Positions 13,701 through 25,692 are shown, numbered from the stretch's first letter. The stretch is 64,000 nt of DNA from Octopus sinensis (GCF_006345805.1 NC_043006.1:64914001-64978000); one strand, 5' to 3'. Notes: generated by a model from the letters alone, not told the origin. Program-made: numbers and translations.

Positions 13701-15430
13701 CAAAATTTTGGCCTGCTAAGCCATTGTCAGACTGCAATCTGATGATGGCTTAGCTAGCCAAAACTTCAAAGTTACTATCAACAGCATTCTTTGTGAGCAT
13801 ATATATATGGAGAGAGATTTGACATGTTCACTTAACCGTGTCAGCCTTAATTTTCGGTGCCAATAATATTGTCATATGATATGAATACACAGACTTAGCA
13901 GGGAACTTACAAAAATTTCTAAGTCTAATCACGTAATCACCCTCTGCCAATCAAATTCTGTCCTAAACAGATACTAATTCGAGCCATGTTCTCTCTATAA
14001 AAACAACAGAATTTTTAAATGCCATACAGTTGTGGCATAGCCCTATGTCTTTCTATCTCAACTTTTGAAAACTAGAGAAATGTATGAAACCAGTTAAGCT
14101 TTTAAAAATAAATTATCTAAAAGACTTGGTACAAGCATTATTTAATGTCTGTTTTCCCATGCTTGCATGGGTCAGACAGAATTTGTTGGGGTAGATTTTC
14201 AACAGCTGGGTACCCTTCCTGTTTCCAAGCAAGGCAATATTTCCCCATAGCCTGACATGTTGTTTGTGGAAGACTGGAAATGAACAATGCCACTTGTATG
14301 ATAGTGATACTCATTTACAACCATCACATTATGTCAAGACAAAGCTACATGCAAATATGCACATGCATGACGAGCTCCTTTTAAGTTTCTAGGTGTCAAA
14401 CCCACACTCAAGGCTTTGGTTAGCCTTGGGCTATAGAAGAAAACACCAAAGTGTCGCACAGTGGGACTGAACCTGAAGCAATGTGGTTGACAAGCAAGCT
14501 TCTTAACCACACAGTCATGCCTGTGTGTGTGTTTATCATCATCATTTAACATCCACCTTCCATGCTGGCATGGGTTGGACAGTTTGACAGGAGCTAACCA
14601 GGCAGAAGATTGCACCAGACTTTTGTGTCTGTTTTGGCACTGTTTTTATGGCTGGATGCCCTCCCAAACATCTACCACCACACAGCTTGTATGAAAATCA
14701 CTGATCCACAAGCAGTCATTTCTCTGTCAGCAAATTGTCCACTAGCTCTGAGCTTTTGAAGACAACTGGAAGAAAACACCCTTACTTGAAAAACAGGTAA
14801 AGGTTAGTAATGGGGAATGTGTCTGGTTGTAAAATGATGCCTTGATAAAACTTTAATTCATCTAACCCATACCAGCATGTGAAATCAGACATTTAAATAT
14901 ATATGAGTACAAAGAGACTTAATTAAATACTATAAGGGAGATAATACAGCAATACTTTTTTTTCTTTTTTTCTACTCCAGGCACAAGGCCTGAAATTTTT
15001 AAGGAGAGGGCCAGTCAATTAGATCAGCCCCAGTATGCAACTGGTACTTAATTTATTGATCCCCAAAAGGATGAAAGTCAAAGTCGTCATTAACGGGATT
15101 TGAACTCAGAATGTAACGGCGGATGAAAACCGCTAAGCATTTTACCCCAGCATGCTAATGTTTCTGCCAGCTTGCCCGCTTAATAATATGGCAATACTGA
15201 TTGCATCACTAATAATAATGATGACTCACGAAAATGTTTTCTTTAATATTATGTTGTCTTCAAGTTAGATAAATTAGGCACAAGACTACATATTTTGTTG
15301 AACATAGAGTTTATTATATCAGGCTCCAGTATTTGAGTAATATGTCTTTTATTGATGTCTCTTCACCCATTCAGCTAAAGGACAAAATTTTATCAAGTAC
15401 TTGTATTAAATTTTTCATTATCTTTTGCAG

Positions 15431-15544
15431 CTGACAGATGGGAAAGCAGAAGTGTTTGGTACAGAACTGGTGAAGGGGAAGAAGGCCACTTTCCTGCCAA
15501 GTTCAAAGTTAGCTGTCTTCACATGGCATGGATGCAGCATCAAA
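15431..15544 (+). CDS. CLP1: CLP1 coding exon (first found in window): LTDGKAEVFGTELVKGKKATFLPSSKLAVFTWHGCSIK
   Basis: Acceptor tcttttgcag. Manual translation aligns with the CLP1 N-terminal domain (human GMAEIFGTELTRNKKFTF..KVAVFTWHGCSVQ). The exon ends at the non-canonical donor ATATCCTTT. Confidence 0.95.
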
Positions 15545-16993
15545 ATATCCTTTTTATGTATTTATTAGCTACATATTTCCTTTTATTGCATGTGTGTGTG
15601 TATGTATTCGCGGATACAGAAATAGCTGCTGTTAATGGTTTTTATGTTCTGCAGTTGATCCTGCTGTGCTGCACAGTAGGACTGGTTTTACTTGTAATTC
15701 AAAAGACCAGTTTTGATACCGATTGTATTTGAGAATTACGTTAAGGGTACAATTGACTGTGACATCATGCTCAGCCATTTAGACTATAACTCAATGGGTG
15801 GCTAGTTCTGCCGATGGGATTAGATAACTCATCTGCTGAAATCAATCTTCAATCTTCGTGACTCTGTGTATGTATATATACCATCATTTTAATGCCCACT
15901 TTTCCATGTACGCATGGTTCAGAGGAAGTCTCTTGGGGCAGATTTTTTATGATAAACACCCTTCTTGTCACCAGCTTTTGTTTCCAAGTAAGGTCAAATT
16001 TCCCCATCACCAAACATTTTCACAGAAGATTGGAAACATGTGACAGTGACACCAATTTACAACAAACACAAGGAAACACTAACATGCATGTGTGCGCATG
16101 TACACACGCTCGCGATGGGTTTCTTTTAGTTTTCATCTACCAAATCCAGTCTAGAGTAGCCTAGGGCCATAGTAGAAGATATTTTTTCAAACTCTATGCA
16201 GTAGAACAGAACCCAAAGCCATTTGGTTGGGAGGCAGACTCCTTACCACACAGCTATGCTTGTACCTACATATATGTGTGTGTGTGTAAAGGCACATGAC
16301 TCGGTGGTTAGAGCGTCGAGCTAACGATCATGAGGTTGTGAGTTTGATTTCTGGACTGGGCTGCGTGTTGTGTTCTTGAGCAAGACACTTTATCTTATGT
16401 TGCCCCAGTTCACACAGCTGTAGAAATGAGTTGTGACATCACTGATACCAAGCTGTATTAACCTTTGCTTTTCCCTTGGATAACATCAGTGGCATGGAGA
16501 GAGGAGGCTGGTATGCATGGGTGACTGCTGGTCTTCCATAAAAACAACCCCAGGTTGTGCGTTTGCTGGTGAAACGACTTTCCGCCCACACTTTTACCCC
16601 AGAAGGGAACCACTTAGGTGTACCCATGGTCATTCATGACTGACAGAGTTGAGTTTTATATATATAGTTTTTGCTTGATGGAAACTGTAGTGGTTCATTA
16701 GATTGATTTTGCATGTGATTCAAAGAACCAGCCTTCTTAGTATTACACTGAATCTGTTTTAACATTACATCTAATGTATTAGTGACTGTAGAATAATTAG
16801 CTACTCTTTTGAACAACTGGATGATCTTTGAAACCAGTAGCAAGCAGTGTTTAATTTTAGCCCTGGTGATGCTGGTTCTAATCCAGCATATAGCCAGCAT
16901 AAATTTCTGGTTGTCTTGGGAACAAACACACTGAATGTATTTTATTTTTTTTTGTTCTACCTCTCTGTAAATTTATCCTTAATTCTTTGTTAC
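15545..16993 (+). other. CLP1: U12-type (minor spliceosome) AT-AC intron of CLP1, phase 0, 1449 nt
   Basis: 5' splice site ATATCCTTT at 15545, U12 branch point TCCTTAAT at 16976-16983, and terminal AC at 16992-16993. The join gives GCSIK|LIGKTE, colinear with human GCSVQ|LSGRTE. Confidence 0.93.
16290..16640 (+). mobile_element. tRNA-headed SINE with CORE-like central domain (related copies 44705-44990, 49455-49710, 51815-52060)
   Basis: Head ggcacatgactcggtggttagagc; central gtgttcttgagcaagacacttta..cagttcacacagctgtagaaatgag resembles the CORE domain. Confidence 0.6.
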
Positions 16994-17119
16994 TTAATTG
17001 GTAAGACCGAAATGGCTTATGTCTCAAAGGATACTCCAATGGTGATGTACTTGAATGTCCATGGAGCATTGGAACAGATGAAACGGAAGGCCAGTGAAGA
17101 GATGGGTCCTGGACCCAGG
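16994..17119 (+). CDS. CLP1: CLP1 exon: [42 protein letters not shown]
   Basis: Matches human [37 protein letters not shown]; donor agg|gtgagt. Confidence 0.96.
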
Positions 17120-17349
17120 GTGAGTATATTTCATCAGTTACATTCATCTCTCTCTATCTTATTTTACTCTTTATATATTAGCAAAATATGTATAGCTACA
17201 AATATATGCATGCACACATATATGTAGCTGTACTCTCTCTCTTTCATCATCATCATCATTTCTACAGCCTTGCTTACTTCTGGTTAATTAAAATTGTATC
17301 CCATAATTGATTGAGTTTACCTCATCATTAAAAGCTATAGAGTTATACA

Positions 17350-17852
17350 TACGAAGTCTGATCAAATAGTATTGGAATAGGTGCTAGAAAACTAAAACTA
17401 CAACACCTATCAATTCAGCATTTAATCTCCTTCAAAGTAGTCCCTTTCCAAAGCCACACCTTTTATCTAGCCATCATTTCCTAGAACTCCTTTTCTGGGG
17501 ATAGAGAGCCTCATTACATTCTCTTGGATTTCCTTGATGTCTTGAAATTTTCTTCCTTTCAAGTGGGATTTGATTTTTATCTTGGTTTCAAAATCACAAC
17601 CATAGACCCATGATTCATCACATGTTATGATTGTTTTACAAAAGCTTTCATCTTAATCAAGGAGATCCTGCACAGCTGAAACCTGACCTTTTTGAGATAA
17701 CCATACTCTACCCACTTTACTTTCAAGTGCTGCTATAAACTATGGAAGTGAGTGAGAATGTTCAGGGTCATTCCATGCGAAGCAGCTTCACTCTGTGTAT
17801 TTTAGCTCCATTACCATGTTAACTGTCCCAGTACTTCTTGATCAGACCTTGT
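17350..17852. mobile_element. Mariner-like non-autonomous element
   Basis: Imperfect TIRs tacgaagtctgatcaaatagta / tacttcttgatcagaccttgt; internal cttcaaagtagtccc typical of mariner 5' regions. Confidence 0.5.
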
Positions 17853-18985
17853 GTGCTTCACTGTTTTTCCAACCCTCTTTCTGTTGCTGTTTAGATAACA
17901 GTTTAGTATGTGCCACAATGTGCAAGATAGAAGACTGCACTAGTATGGACGTGGTGTGTTTGAATGTGTGAAGGATGACTGATAGATGGGGTTGAAAAAT
18001 ATGTCAGATGCGACTTGGGAGAAAGTGGTGAGGTCTAATCTAAGGATGTTGGACTTGAGATGAAAGTCCTATAGCCTTAGATGATAAGACTACAGTAAAT
18101 ACATGTTGTCTTGTTTATTACTGATCCTGGGAAACATGGTATGCTTAGTTGTGAACTGTGTTACACTTACCAGTGGATTTGATCTAGGATAACATGGTTT
18201 GGTGATCAGTTGAAGATTATATATATGTACTGCAAAAATGTACCCCAGTGGCCACCCGGAATGCACTGACTTCTGCCTGTATTTACGTAATTGAGCTGCA
18301 TGTATTTTTTATGCAGATTTATGCTTTCATACCAGTCAACATGGGACCAGTGGACAGAAAATATATGAAGGTGTTTAATCATAAAAAATGATTCAGATGA
18401 GGGTATTCTTTACAGGAAAAGTTAGAGATGAGCAAAGAAATACATGAAAGCGGAAGCTTCATTGTTGTGGGGCAATGAGTTTGGTGCCAATGAATCTACC
18501 ATTTGTTCCCCTCTGCAAAGTGCATGGGGAGGATGCATTTATCAGTGATTTGCAGGGACCAAACTCCCAAGATAAATGAAGATAGATGGGCATGCTTAGA
18601 CTATGGCCATGCAGGGTCACTGCCTTGAAGAATTTTTAGTCAAATGAATTGACTCCAGGACTTATATTTTAAAGCCTAGCACTTATTCTATCAGTCTTTT
18701 TTGCTGAACCACTAAGTTATAGGGATGTAAACATATCAACACCAGTTGTCAAGCAGTGGTCATATTTTTTTCCTTGTCCTTGATAAGTGAATTCAAATCT
18801 CACCAAAGGCAACTTAATTCTACACCTTTGTGGGACGGGGTATAAAATAAGTCCCAGTCAATTGACGTGACTGTCCCCTCCCACACTCAATATTTCTCTC
18901 CTTGTGTTTCTGTTATAAATAAATCATTATAAATTTGTTTCACGCATTTTAAAATACTTTTTGCCTTTTTTTTTTTTTTTTGTAG

Positions 18986-19099
18986 ATTATGATTGTTGGA
19001 CCTAAGGACGTTGGTAAAAGTACCGTTTGTAAGCTGCTCCTGAATTATTGTGTGCGAGCTGGCCATGCCCCATTATTTGTGGATATTGATGTTGGACAA
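18986..19099 (+). CDS. CLP1: CLP1 exon with P-loop and Walker B: [38 protein letters not shown]
   Basis: Poly-T..tgtag acceptor and caa|gtgagt donor; GPxDVGKS Walker A and DxDVGQ motif of Clp1 kinases. Confidence 0.97.
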
Positions 19100-20653
19100 G
19101 TGAGTAAAGAACTTGGTCCATAACCTCCTACTACCTACCCACACCCCACTTTCAAATCAATTATTCCATTCTGAAACTTTTTTCTTGTTCTTCAGTCCTT
19201 ATTATCCATAATTGAGCAGAACTATGGTCAAAAGCATGCCAACCACGACCAATCCAACTTTATGTTTTTTTTTACACTACTACTACTAACTCAAAAATAG
19301 GAAGAACACAGTGGGCAATGAAGTAGTCATATATGTAGCAAAGACAGGGTGGTCCTGATTGGAATGCTTTTGATCACAAGTTGTTCAATCTGGAAGGTAG
19401 TAATCTTTATAAATTCAAGTACTGTGGATGCCAGCTTTATCTTTATTCCTTCCAGGGTCAACAAAATAAGGTACAGTAGACATGATGATTAGCTGTTCTC
19501 TTCCTCTAGAACTTGTGGTTTTGTGTTTATGTTAGTAATCATTATTGCATTCCTTACTGTTCTGAGTTTGTATCTGACTGTCTGGGAATGGCTCTGGGCA
19601 TCAATGAGAACAGTCTGAGCAGTCTCTTCTGAAAAACTTTCAAATTGGAAACTGTGGATAACTTCCAAAAGTCCTTGTTGTAGCAGTGCTACAGGAGGTG
19701 GGTAGGATGTAGGGTATTACTTGGCTTAAGCATTGGAAATACCAACTGCAAGCCAGTTTGAAATGCAAGTAGTTTGACAAAACTGCTCTGCATATTATTA
19801 TTTAGTGTCTGGGCATTACTGATTTGTGGTCTTGTGTTAAACAGCTGTTGCTGCATGTAGGATGAATTCAGCCATCAGCTGAGTCTAGAGTAAGAATTAA
19901 TCCCTTTCCTTTGGTAGGGAAAGGTAGCTAGTCTTCCTCTCTATGGCAAATCAAATGGTGCTGTTGATTCTTCTGCAAGGCTTTTCCTCTCAACACGTGG
20001 CTGTGATGCTCCCCCACTACTTCTGCTTGTGATTAGAGATGCACATATCGTCAGCCTCTAAGGGACATGCTCAACTGGTTACGGTCAAACAACTGACAAG
20101 CAACTCTGTGGTATTGAGCAGAATATTTGCTGTGATTCCTATTTTACAAGACAAAGCATGTACATGTTAATACTTCCTATCAGTTAAGGCCAGAAAGCAT
20201 GAGAGCCACTACCTGGCATTGCAACAGAGTACCATGATCATTCTTCTTCTTATCATTATTATAATAAGGAAGTACATTGGTAAGATTGTTAGAGCATCAG
20301 ACAAAATATCATGCAGAATCTGTCTCGGCTCTTTACCTCCTTTGAGTTCATATTCTACTGAGTAAAACATTGAATCCTGTTTACATTCCTGGTTGACATT
20401 AAGATGAATTGCTCTATACATTCAAAAAGTAGTGGAATAAGAAATCCTTTACTTGACAAACAGGTAAGGGTTGGCAACTGGAAGAACGCCTGGTTGTAAA
20501 ATGCTGCCTCAGTAAGTTTCTCTTCTGTCCATCTTGGCATGGAAACAACATTAAATGAATAAACAAATGTCATAGTTGATTTCTTTGATTACTTTTCTTA
20601 TGTCAAATAAATTATGAATGATCGCTAAATTGTTTGTTTTTCTTTGTTTCCAG

Positions 20654-20681
20654 AGTATGATTTCAATCCCTGGTACCCTGG
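20654..20681 (+). CDS. CLP1: CLP1 28-nt micro-exon: SMISIPGTL(+1 nt)
   Basis: Acceptor ctttgtttccag and donor g|gtaagt; fills the SVSIPGTM gap in the alignment with consistent phases (0 in, 1 out). Confidence 0.92.
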
Positions 20682-21989
20682 GTAAGTCTTCTGGAATTAT
20701 TATTATTATTATTAAGGCGGTGAGCTGGCAGAATTGTTAGCACGCTGAACGGAATGCTTCCTGTATTTTGCTCATCGCTATGTTCTGAGTTCAAATTCCA
20801 CCGGGGTTGACTTTGCCTTTCATCCTTTCAGGGTCAATAAATTAAGTACCAGTTGAATCCTGGGATCGATGTAATTGACTGTCTCCCCTCCCTACAAAAT
20901 CCAAGCCTTGTGCCTATAGAAGGAGGGATTATTATTATTAAGGGGGCAAGCTCGCAGAAGCGTTAGCACACTAGGCAAAATGCTTCCTGGTATTCTGTTC
21001 TTCATGTTCTGACTTCAAATTCTGCCAAGGTTTGACTTAGCCTTTCATCCTTTTGGGGTCAATAAAATAAGTACCAGCTACACACTGGGATTGATGTAAT
21101 CAACTATCCCCCTCCCTAAATTTCAGGCCTTGTGCCTATAGGAGAAAGGATTATTATTATTATTATCATTCATCGTCGTCATTGTTTAACGTCTGCTTTT
21201 CAAGCTGGCATGGGTTGGACGGTTGGACTGAGGGCTGGCAAGCCAGAAGGCTGTACCAGGCTCCAATCTGATCTGGCAAGGTTTCTATAGCTGGATGCCC
21301 TTCCTAATGCCAACTACTCTGAGAGTGTAATGGGTGCTTTTTATGTGCCACCAGCATGGGAGCCAGTCAGGCAGCACTGGCATCGACCATGCTTGAATGG
21401 GATGTGAACATATATAATAACATAGTATAATGTTCAACAATAATGAATGGAAATAGAAACAGCAGGGATAAGTATAGAAAGAAGAAAAACCTGTCATACT
21501 CAGGTGGTGTGATTTTAGCAGGATCAACATCTCTGAGCCAAGCACAATTTAAAGCTTGTTCAGCACTGCATTGCCGACTTGGATCATGTTCTAACATATG
21601 ATCAAGCAGGTCTAGAGCTGGCTTGGGAATAAAGGAAAATTATTATTATATAGGTGGTGAGCTGGTAGAATTGTTAGCATGCCAGGCATCGTCAGCATCG
21701 CTGCCGCCGTCGTCTTTATTGTCGGGATGTATAAGATAGCGCTGCTGTACTGTGAATATTATTTAATATATGAGGGTGTGATGCTTAACCCTTTCGTTAC
21801 CAACCTGGCTGAAACCAGCTTTGACTCTGAGTATAAATGTCTTGTTTTCATAAGTTTTGAATTAAAATTTTCCACCAAACCTTAGTCACAATTTATGTTC
21901 CTAACACTAGCTGAATGATAACTAAGTTATTTTACTAAATTCTTTGTTATATTTAAAGTAATTGAAAGAAATACAGTAACAAAAGGGTT

Positions 21990-22297
21990 GTTGTTGTTTG
22001 TTCCTTCTCAAGCCACGCCTGGCTCATAAGGGCCGGTTTCCTGATTTCCTTGGCGTATAGGTTCCCCACCTGGATGGTACGCCGGTCCGTCGCAGGTGAG
22101 CTGCAAGATGCAGGAGGAAAAATTGAGAGGAAGTTGTGGCGAAATAGTCAGCAGAAGTTAGCCATTACCTTCTGTCGGAATCGCGTGGAGCTCAGGTGTT
22201 TCGCTCATAAACACACACCGTCCAGTCTGAGATTCGAATTCGCGATCCCTCGACCACGAGTCCACTGCTTTAACCACTAGGCTATGTGCCTCCACAC
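21990..22297 (-). mobile_element. tRNA-headed SINE family E with 12-bp TSD aacaaaagggtt (other copies 55038-55315, 62205-62495)
   Basis: A box tggcctagtggtt / B box ggttcgaatc in the family; direct repeats at 21978-21989 and 22298-22309. Confidence 0.82.
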
Positions 22298-22311
22298 AAC
22301 AAAAGGGTTAA

Positions 22312-23163
22312 GACGTGTAAAATAGTGTGGGTCTTGTTGTAAATGTAAATTAGTGTATTAAGTGTAACCTGTTTTGTGTGGTGAATGGTGTTTAACGCAT
22401 GAAGCATTAGTGTTGTATGGTGTTTTATAATGTCATGGTCTGGGAGATTGTGTTGTATTAAGAGAGAAAAGTTTGGTATAAGTGGCACCAGATGTGGTGT
22501 GCAAGAGAGACGACTGCGCTGGTATGGTCTTGTGATGCGTATGGATGAGGACAGCTGTGTAAGGGAGTGTCGATCTCTAACTGTAGAGGGAATCTGTGGT
22601 GGAGATAGACCCGGGAAGACATGGGACAAGGTGGTGAAGCATGATCTTCAAACTTTGGGCCTCACAGAGGCAATGACTAGTGACTGAGACCTTTGACGAT
22701 ATGCTGTGCTTGAGAAGACCCATCAAGCCAAGTGAAATGGCAGTCGTGGCTGATGCTGGTGTCACGTAACTGGCACATACAAAGCACCTTTTGAGCATTG
22801 GGCTTCACAGACAAAGTGGCTGAAATCCTTTCAGGTGTTGAGCATCATGGAGGCAATGACTGAGACCTCTGTGCTGGTGCCATTTAAAAGCACCTTTTGA
22901 GCGTTGAGCCTCATGGAAGCAAAATGGCTGAACTCCTTTCGAGTGTTGGGCCTCATGGAGGCAATGACCAAGACCTTTGGCATTATGTCGTACTTGAGAA
23001 GAAGATCCATCAAACCATGTAAAATCTCCGAATGGTTGGCATTAGGAAGGGCATCCAGCCGTAGAAACCATGCCAAATCAGTTTGGTGTCTGGTGCAGTC
23101 TTCCAGCTTGCCAGCCCCTGTCAAACCCATGCCAGCATGGAAAATGGACGTTAAATGATGATG
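22312..23163 (+). mobile_element. RTE LINE 3' end (ORF2 C-terminus, 3'UTR and ATG-repeat tail)
   Basis: CGVQERRLRWYGLVMRMDEDSCVRECRSLTVEG...RPGKTWDKVVKHDLQTLGL; ends ggacgttaaatgatgatg. Confidence 0.88.
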
Positions 23164-23903
23164 TATTAGCTGTAGTTTGTGTTGTGTATTGTAATGTCAA
23201 TGTGTATAAGATTGTGTTTCTACTGTGATTGTTGTTTAATGTTTTAGGTGTGACCAGTGTTGTGCTGTGTAACATCAGCTTTGTGAGTGTTATCTCAAGT
23301 TGTGCATTGTTACATTCTGTAATATCTTTGTGAACTTCTGTTTCTGCAAATCTCCTTGTCAGCTCTGATCAAGTAATTTTATGATTGCAGGCATCTCAAC
23401 TTTCCCAGGCAGTATATTTAGGACTATTCTATCCATCCACTGTTCTTCCTTTCTTAATATACTAGTGTGATTTGAGGAAGATTTGGGTGCTGTGTACAGC
23501 AGCTCGAGTGGCTGTGTAGAGTTTTCTAATTTGTCTCAGAACAGTGAGAACTAGAGGTGAAAAGGAAATCCTTATTCCACTCTTTTTCTCCATTATGCAT
23601 TTTCCAGATAATGGGTCATTGCCAGTGTTGCTGGATTGGCTCCCGTGCAGGTAGCACGTAAAAAACACCTTTTGAGCATGGTCGTTGCCAGAACTGCCTG
23701 ACTGGCCCTCATGCCGGTGGCATGTAAAAACACCCACTACACTCGTGGAGTGGTTGGCGTTAGGAAGGGCATCCAGCTGTAGAAACTCTGCCAGATCAGA
23801 TTGAGCCTGGTGTGGCCTCAGTCAAACTGTCTAACCCATGCCAGCATGGAAAGCGGACATTAAACAATGATGATGATGGGATGGCTTAAAACAACTTCCC
23901 TAT

Positions 23904-24201
23904 ACATTATTTGTCCTCATTTTGTTTGTTGTTAACACAACGTTTTGGCTGATATACCCTCCAGCCTTCTTCAGGTGTCTTGAGGAAATTTCGAACCTGG
24001 ATTCTCATTCCTAAGGTATTTTTCGATTTTATTATTATTATTATATTATTATTCAGGTTACTGCTTGGAATCAAACTCGCAATCTTGGGGTTAGTAGCCT
24101 GTGGGAAATTATGGAGTGAATTTTAGGGCTTATGAATCTAATTTTTTTTTTTCTTTTTGTAAATAATGTAAATAATTCCTCATCTCTTAAATATAGAACT
24201 T
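23904..24201 (-). mobile_element. Partial foldback element (tRNA-like segment plus Penelope-type hammerhead motif) in a CLP1 intron, flanked by a 13-bp direct repeat
   Basis: Minus strand gacac-CTGAAGA-a-ggctg..cagcc-AAAA-cgtt-gtgtt; acaacttccctat at 23891-23903 and 24202-24214. Confidence 0.7.
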
Positions 24202-24432
24202 ACAACTTCCCTATGTCCCATACGTTTGTCAGATTTTTTAAATAAAAACCTGTTTAAATGTTGCCTTGCTTTTGGGGCTCCCTATAATTTCTGAGATTCT
24301 ATGGTTTCAGTACTTTAACATGTGTTGTGGATGATGTTAATGAAAATACTTCATACTGTGTATTAGAATTTAACCTAACTTCCATCTTGTTCCTTGTTTG
24401 AAACTAAATTGTACATTTTTTCCTATTAACAG

Positions 24433-24606
24433 CAGCAGCAGTTGTAGAAAGACCTGCAGACATTGAAGATGGCTTCATCCAGTCCGTGGCACCTGTTGTC
24501 TACCATTTTGGCCATTTTAGTCCCAATGAAAATCTTGCTCTGTACAACCTCCTCATCAGCAGACTAGCATCAGTAATCCAGTTGAAATGTGAGGCAAATA
24601 AGAAAA
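24433..24606 (+). CDS. CLP1: CLP1 exon: AAAVVERPADIEDGFIQSVAPVVYHFGHFSPNENLALYNLLISRLASVIQLKCEANKK
   Basis: ERPAD.E.GF...AP.VYHFG motif; tandem CAG acceptor; donor a|gtaagt. Confidence 0.95.
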
Positions 24607-25079
24607 GTAAGTATATCATCATCATCATCATCATCGTTTAGCATCCGCTTTCCATGCTAGCATGGGTTGGACGGTTCAACTGGGGTCTGGGAAGCCAGAA
24701 GGCTGCACCAGGCCCAGTCTGATCTGGCAATGTTTCTATATATATTATGTGTGTATGTGTGTATTTCTCTCTTACTTTTTGAAAGTGCATGGCCTGTTGG
24801 TTTGATCTGTAGATATATACACACAGGATGACAGTGCTAAGCTGTGATGTGTAGAAAACTTGTTACCAGTTAGAAGTTTGTATTTATACACATCACCACT
24901 TAGCGCTGTCACTCTGTATTTTATTGAACAATGATGGGAATATCATATCTCTCTCCTGTCAGTTCACAGTGTCTACCTCTCTGGTTTTTGTTGCTGAAGA
25001 GAGGAGATAATCACTCCAAAATGCATGTATGCAACAGTCTGGTTAGGTGGCACTGAAAGCTGACTTGGTGTGTTTACAC

Positions 25080-25366
25080 CAGTGGTTCCTAAAGTGGGTG
25101 GTTTTGCCCCCTTGGAGGCAGTGAAAAGATCCAAGGGGGCATTGAAGAAAAGTGGGATGATAATGGGGTGGCCAAAAGGGGGCAATGGATGTTGAAAAAA
25201 ACCCCCAAAATAATGGGTTAATTAGGTTAGGTTATATTTGAAATAATTGTTTTGAATTTAGTGCAGAAGGTGGTCCATGTTTGTGGTGTTGAGTTGTGGT
25301 GGGGGTGCTAGGAATGTGGAATAGGGGTTAAGGGAACAGCAGCCTGAAAATATTTGGGAACTACTG
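25080..25366. mobile_element. hAT-type MITE with 8-bp TSD
   Basis: Ends cagtggttcc / gggaactactg; flanks gtttacac (25072-25079) and gtttacat (25367-25374). Confidence 0.75.
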
Positions 25367-25692
25367 GTTTACATTTATCTCTATGACAGATTTCTTTCTT
25401 ACAGGTTCAGGTATGCCCCAAGTATATTTGAACTGGTAAACAAGTTTATACATACATATGTGTGTGTGTGTGGTGGGATTCTACACAGTTACCATCTACT
25501 AAATTTCCCCACCAGGCATTTGTCAGCCCAAGGTGCTGTACAGTGGGATTGAACCACACAACCATGCCTGTGTCTTTACTAAATTCTTTTTGTCTGGATT
25601 AGTTTGTCCTTAATTTAAGCAGGACATATTGATTTTTGCAAACAGCTCCAGTGTCTGGATGGGTGATTTATTAACTTGGTTTTCTGTTTCAG

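Noticed and set aside
16847-17227. 126-aa ORF read as a single long CLP1 exon
   Set aside because: Only 16994-17119 aligns with CLP1; the flanks are intron, delimited by the AT-AC acceptor and a GT donor.
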